Below are positions 1 to 7,745 of a stretch of DNA of 17,505 nucleotides, piece after piece; within the stretch, counting starts at the first letter, position 1, and each line of letters starts with the position of its first letter. Source of the DNA: an uncultured Verrucomicrobiota bacterium (GTDB lineage: Bacteria; Auribacterota; JABMQX01; JAFGEW01); contig CAZCQN010000041.1 in assembly GCA_964500825.1 (NCBI GenBank), forward strand, positions 1 to 17,505. The letters run 5' to 3'. Both the position numbers and the translations under genes were made by a program. Below the pieces are notes generated by a model that made no database searches, was not told the origin of the DNA, and saw only the letters and a program-made list of their open reading frames with translations.

Positions 1-3000
1 GAGAACACATCTTGCACGCTCGCGTGGTCGGCATCCGGCACCAGCGGCGTCGAGATGAAGAAGTCCTGCATCGTCCAGGTGATCTCCAAGTCGAGATCAA
101 ACACGCTGGCGGTCTGCCAGCTCGTGTTCGATCCGTCGCTGCGCTTGACGCGGTAGAAGCGGAAGTCGTGCGTCAGCGGGTTCGTCGAGAGGTCGTCCGT
201 GAAGCTGTCCTGCCCGGCCGTGCCGACGAGCACATCGCCCGGCAGCGAGTCCCACGTCAGGTCGTCCGCGTAGGCGTCGGCCTCGGCGCGCTCGAGGACG
301 TATTCGACGCCGTCGGCCGAAGCGAACGTCATGACCACCGACGTCGTCGCCTGGTCCCAATAGAGGTCCGTGATGTCGTCCGGCTTGTTGGGGTTGGTTC
401 GGTACACGAGCACCTCGTCGCCATCGGTCAGGCCGTCGTCGTCGGTATCGGGGTCAAGCGGATCGGTGCCCGTATCGTCCTCGCTCACGTAGAGGCCCGT
501 GTTCGTCTCGACGCCGTCGAGCAGTTGGTCGTCGTCGCTGTCCGGATCGGTCGGGTCGGTCCCGTGCGTATAGACCTCCTCCCCGTCGATCAAGCCGTCA
601 TCGTCGCTATCGTCGTCGTCGGGGTATGTGCCGGTGTCTTCTTCGCTCACGTACACGCCGGTGCCGGTCTCGACCGCGTTCGGCAGGCCGTCGCTGTCGT
701 CGTCGGGGATCTCGAAGGTGCCGGCCTCCTGGACCCTTTCGTTCCCGGCCGGGTCGCGCGAGAGCACGCGGTAGGAATAGGTCACGTTGTGCTCGAGCGA
801 ATCGACCACGACCGACGCCCACCGCGTGTACCAGCCCTCGTAGTCGGTCGAGAAGACGTAGCCGGGCCCGTACTCGACCCGGTGCTCGGCAAGCTCGTCG
901 GTTCCGGCCGGGTCGCGCGAGAGCACGCGGTTGGGATAGGTCACGTTGCGCTCGAGCGAATCGACCGGGACCGACGCCCACCGCGTGTACCGGCCGTCGT
1001 AGTCGGTCGAGAAGACGTAGCCGGGCCTGTACTCGACCCGATGCTCGGCGACCTCGTCGGTCTCCCAGGTGATGCGCACCCGGTGTGCCACGTACGGGTC
1101 GGCGGCAATGGACGAGATCGTGGGGGCGTCGGTGTCGGCGATCGGCGGCTCGCGAAACGGCGAGTAAAGCGGGTCGCCCACCAGCACCATCCGCCAATGT
1201 GTGTTGGCGATCGACGCCCACCACGCCTCGGCGGCCGTGTAGCCGCGGAAGAACCGGTCGTAGAAGATGCCGCCTGCCTGCATGGCGAACGTGTACGGCT
1301 CCCGGACGGCGCCGGCCGAGATCGTCGCGCCCCGCATCAGCATCTGGACCGTCCAGTTCGGGTCGTCGGGGTTGGTGAGGATATAGGCGCTCGCGGAGTC
1401 GAGATGCCAGGCGACGGAGCCCACCTTCAGGTACCCGTCGAAGATCGGCTGGAAGTTGTGGTACGAGTACCACCCGTAATAGAAAAGCGTGTTGTCGCAC
1501 GTGCCGTTCGGGAACATCGCGCTGTTCCTGTCAATGATCGTCTCGACGCCTTCCCACGCGATCCGCCCCCCAGCGGTCTCGATGAAACGCTCGGCGTGGT
1601 AGTAGTAGCCGCTTGTCAGGTTGGGCACCCGAGCGCGGAGGTCGATCCAGGCTTTGCCCGTCGTCGCGTCGAGATGGTGTTCGGCGTACAGCGCGCGATC
1701 CACAAGGCCCTTGGCGAGTTGGGCCGACGGCCCGCTCAAACGCGCGACCAGCAAGGTCCCGTAGGACGACGAGAAGCGCCCGTCTTCGAGGTAGTACGGG
1801 TTGTCGCTGCCGTAGTTGCCTCCCCAGCCCGGGTCGACCGTCCCGTACAGGTCGGCGAGCAGGCTGTCTACAGACCGAATGGTGTAATCGTCCTGATTCG
1901 CCATCAACGGGATGCCCCGCGTTGTGACAACATAGAGCAGCTTGTCCTCAAGGCCCCGTGCGGCGATATGGTCGCGAACAGGGTCCCGAATCGTCGAAAG
2001 GTAGCGGTCCCGCGAGATGAACGTGCCCGTTCCCGCAGAGATCGTCACGACGTTCTCGTCGGGCACGTTGCGCATGAGCTTGTAGTACGTGCCGATCTCG
2101 ACCGAGTCGGCCGAGTTCGAGTTGATGACGATAAGCACGCGCTCGTTGTCCGGCCAGCCGGGGATGCCTTCAGCCTCGGCCGACAGCTCGCTCACGTTGC
2201 CGGCTGCATCGAGCGCCTTGACCGCGTAGAAGTACTTCTGCTCCGGGACGCCGCTTGCGTCCTCGTAGTCGGCCTGTCCCGCGACGTCGTCCAGATGGCC
2301 CCACGAGCCGCCGTCGGGCTTACGCCAAATCTCATAGCCGGTGATATCCGGCTCCGTGTTCGGTTCCCACTTGAGGCAGACGCTCGTCTCCGTGTTCCAG
2401 GCGCGTAGCACCATCGGGGCCGCGGGCACCGTGTCGTCCTTCGAGATCGCGAACTGCAGCGACGACGCGCTGCTCTCGTTCGCGTTCTCGTCGTAGGCGC
2501 GGACCGCGTACTGGACCGCATCAACCTCGTTGAGCTGGTGCGTAAACGTCGTCTTGTTCGTCTCGCCGATCGGTGCCCCGTCGGCGAACACGCGGTAAAA
2601 GGCGACGTCGCCCGACGGGCTCGGATCCCAGGTGAGCACGTTCCGGAGGTAGTCGGTCGCCGTCGCCGTGAGCGTTGGCGGCGGATCAGGTGCTATCGAG
2701 TCGGCCGAGGCCAGCGTCGTCGCCGTTGCCACGTTCGACACGTCGGCGCTGTTGCCGTCCTCGTCGGTCGCCTTGAGCGCGAAGTAGTACGTCGCGTCGG
2801 CCTCGAGCCCAGTCACGGCCAGGCTCTCTGTCGAACCCGTCGGCTGGGGCACAAGCGACTGGTCGACGCGCCATGCAGTGTCCCAGCTCGTCTCGTCGAT
2901 CGGCGACGTGCTGTAGCGGACGTCGTAGGCAGCCGCCGTGCCCGTGCGGCCATCGTCGCCGGGTGCGGTCCAGCCGAGCATGATCGACTCGGCGGTCGGG

Positions 3001-4256
3001 CTCGACGCCGCGAGGTCGGCGACGCGTTTCGGCGGCATCCCGTCGGTCTTGCCGTGCCAGGCGAGCGACTTGCGGTGCACGTGGTAGCTGCTCTTCGTAA
3101 TGAACGCGAGCGCCCCGTCCGACAGCCGCTTGCGCCGGATGTGGTGGCGGTACTCCCAGACGTGGTGCGTCGCGTTCCACACCTTCTCGATCCAGATCCA
3201 GGCGAGCCATTCGCCGTGCGGCGAGAACGCCGGGGCGATCTCGTCCTGGCTCGTGCCGGCGCTCTGCTGCGTGAGACTGCCCCCGGCCGAGTCAACCGTA
3301 TAGATCTCCGTGCCTTGCGTCGACGACGTGTACGCATGGAACGCGATCAGCGACCCGTCCGGCGCGTACGCCAGGCGGCGCTCGTTGCGCGTGTTGCTCG
3401 TCAGGCACGTCAGGCCCGTGCCGTCCGGGTTGACCCGGTGGATCTCGTCCTTGCCCGGGCGATTGGTCACGAAGACCAGGTGGCTGCCGTCGCGCGCGAA
3501 CTCGGGCCACCGGTCGTTGTACGTGTCGTCGGTGACGGCGCGGTCGTTACCGCCGTCGAGGTCCATGATATGGATATCGCGCCGGCCGCCGCTCTCGTAC
3601 ACGTAGGCGACCTCGCCCGTCGTCGGCGAGACCGCCAGCCCGCGCTCGTAGACGTTCTGCGCGCGCAGGGTGACCAGCTCGTGGCTCGACCGGTCGAGCC
3701 GGCGGATCATGCCGTTCGCGATGAAGATCATGTACCGCCCGTCGGCCGTGAGCCTCGGCGCGGCGCAGTTCTCGCCGATCGCGCTCTCGCCCTCGACGTA
3801 GAGGACTTCCTGCTCGGGATCGGCGCCGTTGAGCGCGTAGGTGCTGTCGATGAGCCACGGGTTCAGGTAATAGAACTCGTCGCTCATGCGCGTAAACGTC
3901 AGGACGTTGAGCGTCTTGAGCGGCGTGACCGCCACCTCGGCCGAGTAAGCGCTTTGGTCCACGCCCTCGAGCGCGGTCACGACATAGTAGTAACTCGTGC
4001 CGTTCGCGAGGCCGGAGTCGAGGAGGAAGAGGTCTGTCGCCTCGCCCACCTCCACGTAGCCGCTCCCCGACTGCTCGGAGCGGTACAGCTTGTAGCTGGT
4101 CGCATCCGGCACCGGGTCCCAATAGAGCTCAGCCTGGGCGTCGCCGGTCGTGGCGTACAGGTCGGCAGGCGGCTCGACCGCCAGCGCGCCGGCGCACACG
4201 AGCGCGGTGCACACGAGCGCCAGGATCGAGACGACACAGAGCCACACGTTGTGCAT
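1..4256 (-). CDS. Very large secreted multidomain protein, 3' end (C-terminus) beyond window start. Domain order from the N-terminus: signal peptide; TolB-like PD40 beta-propeller repeats; several FN3-like domains; TIGR03790-like domain (motif ERVLIVINSNSADSVEIGTYYKLMRNVPDENVV); a duplicated FN3 half-domain; thrombospondin-type-3-like Ca-binding repeats (DDDSDGLPN, DDDDSDDDGLIDGEE, DPDSDDDQLLDG, DPDTDDDGLTDGDE).
   Basis: I translated the minus frame by hand. Codon first bases fall at positions congruent to 2 mod 3. The frame is open from ATG 4256-4254 to position 1, which is over 1400 codons. It is not in the ORF track because it has no in-window stop. The N-terminus MHNVWLCVVSILALVCTALVCAGALA|VEPP is a textbook signal peptide. 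PD40-like repeats are present, for example WPEFARDGSHLVFVTNRPGKDEIHRVNPDGTGLTCLT and LAYAPDGSLIAFHA. FN3-like YxYRV..D.aGN motifs are present. The + ORFs 12-2408 and 2538-4355 are arginine- and valine-rich and sit in exact codon register with this frame, which is typical of shadow ORFs. There is an alternative in-frame upstream ATG at 4322-4320, and a stop codon lies upstream of that at 4340-4338. Confidence 0.8.
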   Translation of the reverse strand, partial: MHNVWLCVVSILALVCTALVCAGALAVEPPADLYATTGDAQAELYWDPVPDATSYKLYRSEQSGSGYVEVGEATDLFLLDSGLANGTSYYYVVTALEGVDQSAYSAEVAVTPLKTLNVLTFTRMSDEFYYLNPWLIDSTYALNGADPEQEVLYVEGESAIGENCAAPRLTADGRYMIFIANGMIRRLDRSSHELVTLRAQNVYERGLAVSPTTGEVAYVYESGGRRDIHIMDLDGGNDRAVTDDTYNDRWPEFARDGSHLVFVTNRPGKDEIHRVNPDGTGLTCLTSNTRNERRLAYAPDGSLIAFHAYTSSTQGTEIYTVDSAGGSLTQQSAGTSQDEIAPAFSPHGEWLAWIWIEKVWNATHHVWEYRHHIRRKRLSDGALAFITKSSYHVHRKSLAWHGKTDGMPPKRVADLAASSPTAESIMLGWTAPGDDGRTGTAAAYDVRYSTSPIDETSWDTAWRVDQSLVPQPTGSTESLAVTGLEADATYYFALKATDEDGNSADVSNVATATTLASADSIAPDPPPTLTATATDYLRNVLTWDPSPSGDVAFYRVFADGAPIGETNKTTFTHQLNEVDAVQYAVRAYDENANESSASSLQFAISKDDTVPAAPMVLRAWNTETSVCLKWEPNTEPDITGYEIWRKPDGGSWGHLDDVAGQADYEDASGVPEQKYFYAVKALDAAGNVSELSAEAEGIPGWPDNERVLIVINSNSADSVEIGTYYKLMRNVPDENVVTISAGTGTFISRDRYLSTIRDPVRDHIAARGLEDKLLYVVTTRGIPLMANQDDYTIRSVDSLLADLYGTVDPGWGGNYGSDNPYYLEDGRFSSSYGTLLVARLSGPSAQLAKGLVDRALYAEHHLDATTGKAWIDLRARVPNLTSGYYYHAERFIETAGGRIAWEGVETIIDRNSAMFPNGTCDNTLFYYGWYSYHNFQPIFDGYLKVGSVAWHLDSASAYILTNPDDPNWTVQMLMRGATISAGAVREPYTFAMQAGGIFYDRFFRGYTAAEAWWASIANTHWRMVLVGDPLYSPFREPPIADTDAPTISSIAADPYVAHRVRITWETDEVAEHRVEYRPGYVFSTDYDGRYTRWASVPVDSLERNVTYPNRVLSRDPAGTDELAEHRVEYGPGYVFSTDYEGWYTRWASVVVDSLEHNVTYSYRVLSRDPAGNERVQEAGTFEIPDDDSDGLPNAVETGTGVYVSEEDTGTYPDDDDSDDDGLIDGEEVYTHGTDPTDPDSDDDQLLDGVETNTGLYVSEDDTGTDPLDPDTDDDGLTDGDEVLVYRTNPNKPDDITDLYWDQATTSVVMTFASADGVEYVLERAEADAYADDLTWDSLPGDVLVGTAGQDSFTDDLSTNPLTHDFRFYRVKRSDGSNTSWQTASVFDLDLEITWTMQDFFISTPLVPDADHASVQDVF
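741..1058 (-). repeat. In-frame tandem direct duplication inside the giant CDS. Two 159-bp units lie at about 741-899 and 900-1058, roughly 94% identical. Each unit encodes a 53-aa C-terminal half of an FN3-like domain (AEHRVEYxPGYVFSTDYxGxYTRWASVxVDSLExNVTYxxRVLSRDPAGxxE).
   Basis: Direct sequence comparison. The block ggccgggtcgcgcgagagcacgcgg... appears at 747 and again at 906. The period is 159, which is 3 x 53, and there are about 10 mismatches. The upstream-translated copy is slightly degenerate (YPNRV in place of YSYRV). Confidence 0.85.
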
Positions 4257-4558
4257 GCTGCTTCTCAGAGACCGCCCTCCCCCAGAAACTCGAATCAGGC
4301 AAGAAATAAGAGGCAGCTTCATTCCCGGTATCGGAAATCAACACCAATAGTATAGCACAATTCGCGCCGGCCTTCAACGCCGGATCAGCGCCTCGGGCGC
4401 TCCCTGAACAGAAAAGCCCACGGCCACCTGAAAAAGACGTTCCGCTGGTTGGAGTTTGGTGCGAGAATGGCACGAGGAGCGCCCCTCTCCGCAAGAGCCG
4501 CCGGCAGTGGGGCACATGACGGGGAAACGGCGCCTGCAGCGAAAGGAGGACGGTCAGG

Positions 4559-4945
4559 ATGCCCGAGACTGCCGACCACGCACTGGCAAGAAACGTCGGC
4601 TACTGCGGTCTCGTTTGCAGCGTCTGCCGCAACGTCCTCAAGGGCTGCACCGGATGCCGGAAGGGCGGCGGCTCCGAGGACTGCTACCAGCGCGAGTGCT
4701 GCGAGGAAAACGGACTCAACGGCTGCTGGGAGTGCGGTGAGTTCCCGTGCGACAAGGGCTTCTTCGCCGACGACGCATGGAAGGGCCTTTGCATCGGCTC
4801 GGTCCAGTGCATCAAGGACCACGGGCTCAGGCGCTACATCGAACTGGTCGCCTCGAGCCTGGGCAACGACGTCGAGTACGGCGATTACCGCTTCAAAGAC
4901 CCCGACGAGATCAGGGCGATCCTGGCCGGAGAACCGAGAGCGTAG
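4559..4945 (+). CDS. Small cysteine-rich protein of 128 aa. I recall it as DUF3795-like (GYCGLVCSVC..CTGC..C..C..CWECGEFPC), probably a metal or Fe-S binding protein.
   Basis: Complete ORF with a strong SD (aaaggagga) 8-10 nt upstream of the ATG. Codon usage has high GC3. The gene is divergent from the giant secreted-protein gene and lies 18 bp upstream of punA. Confidence 0.7.
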   Translation: MPETADHALARNVGYCGLVCSVCRNVLKGCTGCRKGGGSEDCYQRECCEENGLNGCWECGEFPCDKGFFADDAWKGLCIGSVQCIKDHGLRRYIELVASSLGNDVEYGDYRFKDPDEIRAILAGEPRA

Positions 4946-4963
4946 GCACACTCCGATCGCTGT

Positions 4964-5785
4964 ATGTTGTTCGACGAGCACAAGGTAGCTGAAGCGACTG
5001 ACGCTGTGCGCGCCCGCCTCGGAGGCGACGCCGACGTCGGCGTGATCCTCGGGACCGGACTCGGCACGTTCGCCGACCGGCTCGAGAAGCCGGCCGCTTT
5101 CCCCTACGCCGAGATCCCACACTTCGCCGCGTCAACCGTGCCTGGGCACAAGGGGCGGCTTGTCGGGGGTCTCGTCGGCGGCAGGCGCGTCATCGTGCAG
5201 CAGGGACGCCTTCACCTTTACGAGGGGCTCGGCTTCGACCAAGTCCTCCTGCCGCTGCGCGTGATGCACGAGCTCGGCGTGCAAACCCTCATCGTGACGA
5301 ACGCCGCCGGTGGAGTGAATGCGGACTTCGCGCCCGGCGACCTGATGCTCATCACCGACCACATCAACATGATGGGCACGAACCCCTTGATCGGCCCGAA
5401 CAACGACGCCCTCGGACCACGCTTCCCCGACATGTCGAACGCATACGACCGCGAGCTGCGTGACCTTGCACTCGACGCGGCACGCGATCTCGGCATCGAG
5501 CTCAAGCAGGGCGTCTACCTCGCCGTGACCGGCCCGAGCTATGAGACCGCCGCCGAAGTGCGCGCCTTCCGCACACTCGGCGCCGACGCCGTCGGCATGT
5601 CCACCGTCCCCGAGGTCATCTACTCACAAAGCCTCGGCATGCGCGTCCTCGGTCTCTCCGTCATCGCCAACCGCGCCGTCGGTCTGAGCGACCAGCCCCT
5701 CATCCACGACGAGGTTATCCGCATCGTCGCCGCCCACCCCGGCCGGGTCGCGGCGCTGTTGGCGCGTGTGATCACAACGACATGA
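4964..5785 (+). CDS. punA: Purine nucleoside phosphorylase, PNP-I (inosine/guanosine) family.
   Basis: The sequence aligns closely, from memory, with B. subtilis PunA. Matching segments include VILGTGLG, QQGRLHLYEG, LIVTNAAGGVN, DLMLITDHINMMGTNPLIGPN, RFPDMSNAYD, VTGPSYETAAEVRAFRTLGADAVGMSTVPEVI and MRVLGLSVI. Confidence 0.9.
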   Translation: MLFDEHKVAEATDAVRARLGGDADVGVILGTGLGTFADRLEKPAAFPYAEIPHFAASTVPGHKGRLVGGLVGGRRVIVQQGRLHLYEGLGFDQVLLPLRVMHELGVQTLIVTNAAGGVNADFAPGDLMLITDHINMMGTNPLIGPNNDALGPRFPDMSNAYDRELRDLALDAARDLGIELKQGVYLAVTGPSYETAAEVRAFRTLGADAVGMSTVPEVIYSQSLGMRVLGLSVIANRAVGLSDQPLIHDEVIRIVAAHPGRVAALLARVITTT

Positions 5786-5829
5786 GGAGGAAGCCGCAGA
5801 TCACACTGATTGACACTGATCGTGTGATC
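5766..5829. promoter_or_regulatory. Cluster of GTGTGATC / TGTGATCACA palindromic motifs spanning the punA 3' end and the punA-pyrF spacer. It is a candidate operator or structured element.
   Basis: TGTGATCACA is a perfect 10-bp palindrome at 5767-5776. GATCACAC at 5799-5806 and GTGTGATC at 5822-5829 form an 8-bp inverted repeat with a 15-nt spacer. Confidence 0.3.
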
Positions 5830-5882
5830 TCGTATCAGTGGGCATCCGTGCAACCTGTGGCCCCAACTGGAGATAACCAGCT

Positions 5883-6590
5883 ATGCCGGCGAAGATCATT
5901 GTGGCGCTCGATGTCGATACGCTCGACGAGGCGGCGCGGCTCATCGACGCAACAAAGGCGGGCGCCGACGCCTACAAGGTCGGCAGCCAGCTCTACGCGC
6001 GGCGCGGGCCGGAGGTGGTCAAGCAGCTCGCGGACCACGGCGCGACGCTGTTCCTCGACCTGAAGCTGCACGACATCCCGAACACGGCCGAGAAGGCGGC
6101 GAAGGCGATCGCGCAGATGGGCGTGGCGATGTTCACGGTCCACGTCTCGGGCGGTTGGGACATGATGCGCGCGGCCATCCGGGGCGCGCACGTCGGCGCG
6201 CAGGAGGCCGGGCTCGAGGACCCGATCACGCTCGGCGTCACGCTGCTCACCTCGCTCGACGAGAAGACGCTGCACGACGACCTCGGCTGCACCCGTCCGC
6301 TCGTCGAGCAAGTCCAGCACATGGCCCAGATGGCCGCCGAGGCCGGGTGCGCGGGCGTGGTGGCCTCGGCCCAGGAGCTCAAGCCGGTGCGGGAAGCGGT
6401 CGGCGACGACGTGCTGATCATCACGCCCGGCGTCCGGCCCGAATGGGCACAAAGAGACGACCAGAAACGCACGATGACGCCGCGCCAGGCGAGCGCCGCC
6501 GGCGCCGACTATCTGGTGATCGGCCGGCCGATCACGGCGCACGACGATCCGGCCGAGGCCCTCCGCCTCATCCGCGAGGAGCTGGCCTAG
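5883..6590 (+). CDS. pyrF: Orotidine 5'-phosphate decarboxylase.
   Basis: Hallmark motifs are present: KIIVALD, DLKLHDIPNT, ITPGVR and DYLVIGRPI. A GGAG lies 10-13 nt upstream of the ATG. Confidence 0.9.
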   Translation: MPAKIIVALDVDTLDEAARLIDATKAGADAYKVGSQLYARRGPEVVKQLADHGATLFLDLKLHDIPNTAEKAAKAIAQMGVAMFTVHVSGGWDMMRAAIRGAHVGAQEAGLEDPITLGVTLLTSLDEKTLHDDLGCTRPLVEQVQHMAQMAAEAGCAGVVASAQELKPVREAVGDDVLIITPGVRPEWAQRDDQKRTMTPRQASAAGADYLVIGRPITAHDDPAEALRLIREELA

Positions 6591-6647
6591 CAGCCCGTGG
6601 CAAGAGCCGCCTCCCTCGCAGAAGCGTAGAGCTTGTAGAGAGCCGAG

Positions 6648-6705
6648 CCCCCGCAGGGGGCGACATCTGACGACGAGGGACCACAGATGTCGCCCCCTAC
6701 GGGGG
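6648..6705. repeat. Long imperfect inverted repeat (stem-loop). The 22-nt arms are CCCCCGCAGGGGGCGACATCTG and CAGATGTCGCCCCCTACGGGGG, with one C/A mismatch that becomes a G-U pair on the other strand, and a 14-nt loop.
   Basis: Read directly from the sequence. It sits 58 bp after the pyrF stop. No U-tract follows on either strand, so it is not a canonical intrinsic terminator. Confidence 0.6.
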
Positions 6706-6840
6706 CTCGCGCGGGTGCGAGCGACCCCTGTACCACGGGCTCACGCCCATAAGCGCTAAGATAAGCTGGGACTCGATCGAACTGGGCGACCAGCAGCCTT
6801 GTCGACGGAATGCCGCGCACAGGATAAAGGATGCCGGGCT

Positions 6841-7293
6841 TCAGCCGGCATGCGCAGCGCCGCAGGTGCTGCGTTGCCACTGGCTTTGAGCCGGTGGTGT
6901 GCGAAAGAGCAGGTCAGCCCCACTCCCTCTCCCCGCCCTGCCCGCCACAAACGTCTGCAGCAGGCGGGCCCGATGCCGCCGCCAGCGGTCCCAGATGAGC
7001 ACGACGGGTCCGCGCACGTGAGCAAGCAACTGGCGCACAAAGGCTATCAGCTCGCCGGCGCGCAGGTTGGTGTCGGGGTGCAGACGAAAGCACAGCCGCA
7101 CCCGCTCGCGCCCGGGCGAGACCAACAGCGCGGCGATCGCCGACACCTTGCGGTGGTGGCGCGTGCGCTGATAGTGCAACGGCGTCTGGCCGCATGGCGC
7201 CCATGTGCGACGCACCAGCGGCGCCATCAAGAAACCGCTCTCGTCGACAAAGACCAAATGCGCCTTCAGCCGCGAGGCTTTTTTTTGATGCGC
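6841..7293 (-). CDS. IS630-family transposase OrfB, the DDE catalytic part. It is entered by a -1 frameshift from OrfA. The C-terminus appears short and possibly degenerate.
   Basis: This is the -1 frame relative to OrfA. It contains the first D (VFVDESG) and second D (LIWD) of the DDE triad. No acidic residue sits about 35 aa after the second D in this frame. A PAY-containing segment in the adjacent frame (6587..6880) suggests further frameshifts or decay at the 3' end. Confidence 0.6.
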   Translation of the reverse strand, partial: AHQKKASRLKAHLVFVDESGFLMAPLVRRTWAPCGQTPLHYQRTRHHRKVSAIAALLVSPGRERVRLCFRLHPDTNLRAGELIAFVRQLLAHVRGPVVLIWDRWRRHRARLLQTFVAGRAGRGSGADLLFRTPPAQSQWQRSTCGAAHAG

Positions 7294-7745
7294 GGCCAGT
7301 CGTGCTTGATCCAGTGGGCGATGGCCGCCTCGTCGCGCTCGAGCGCGCGGCGCTGGGGCTTTTGCGGCGAGAACCCCAGCCCGTGCAGGAGCCGTCCGAC
7401 ATGATCGACGTGGTAATGCACCCCAAACTGCGTTTCGATCAGCCGGGCCACGCGCGGGCAGGTCCACAGCTCCGTGGCGAAACCGGCGGCGCGGGCGCCT
7501 TTGAGCAACAGACGCACGAGGCGCTTTTGCGCCTTGGCATCGAGGCGGCAGGGGCGACCCGGCGCGGGGCAGGCCCTAAGGGCCGCCTCGCCCCGCTTGC
7601 GGTAGGCGGCCTTCCAGCGGCGCACGCTGCGTCGGTCGACGCCGAGCTGTTGGGCCACCTCGACCGGCTGCAGGCCCTTGGCCAACAACGCCACGGCGCG
7701 CCGCCTTCGCTCTTCGAGTTGTTGACCACTTCCTCGGGGTCGCAT
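7266..7745 (-). CDS. IS630-family transposase OrfA, the N-terminal HTH DNA-binding part.
   Basis: 159 aa. Strong SD GGAGGTGA 7 nt upstream of the ATG. Helix-turn-helix segments are present (QQLGVDRRSVRRWKAAYRKRGEAAL). The ORF ends in WPRIKKKPRG* at an A8 run. Confidence 0.8.
   Translation of the reverse strand: MRPRGSGQQLEERRRRAVALLAKGLQPVEVAQQLGVDRRSVRRWKAAYRKRGEAALRACPAPGRPCRLDAKAQKRLVRLLLKGARAAGFATELWTCPRVARLIETQFGVHYHVDHVGRLLHGLGFSPQKPQRRALERDEAAIAHWIKHDWPRIKKKPRG
7278..7287 (-). other. A AAA AAG slippery heptamer within an A8 run; candidate programmed -1 ribosomal frameshift site joining OrfA and OrfB.
   Basis: On the minus strand the sequence is ATC AAA AAA AAG CCT in the OrfA frame. 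Slipping back one nucleotide gives ...KK-ASRLKAHLVFVDESG in the OrfB frame. The same heptamer is the known dnaX/IS3-type -1 site. Confidence 0.55.

Noticed and set aside
607-1500. ORFs 607-1500 (-), 626-1072 (+) and 1085-1378 (+) with arginine- and proline-rich products
   Set aside because: Their composition is extreme (R, P, G, S repeats) with no motifs, and they lie inside the real giant CDS in other frames. The periodic look of the protein merely mirrors the 159-bp DNA duplication.
12-4355. Long + strand ORFs 12-2408 (798 aa) and 2538-4355 (605 aa)
   Set aside because: Their composition is arginine-, valine-, aspartate- and histidine-rich with no recognisable motifs. They sit in exact codon register with a motif-rich minus-strand frame that stays open for over 4.2 kb. 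These are classic high-GC antisense shadow ORFs.
5767-5829. CRP/FNR-type site (TGTGA-N6-TCACA) at the punA-pyrF junction
   Set aside because: The TGTGA and TCACA halves are present, but with 0-nt or 17-nt spacing rather than N6. I report this only as a generic palindromic motif cluster.
5835-6542. 235-aa minus ORF antisense to pyrF and 245-aa minus ORF 4385-5122
   Set aside because: The opposite strand carries unambiguous pyrF and DUF3795/punA motifs with proper GC3 codon bias. These are shadow frames.
6587-7040. ORFs 6587-6880 (-) and 6756-7040 (-) as independent genes
   Set aside because: They lie in the degenerate 3' end of the IS630 transposase region. One contains a PAY-like remnant of the transposase C-terminus. 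They are more likely frameshifted transposase debris than genes.
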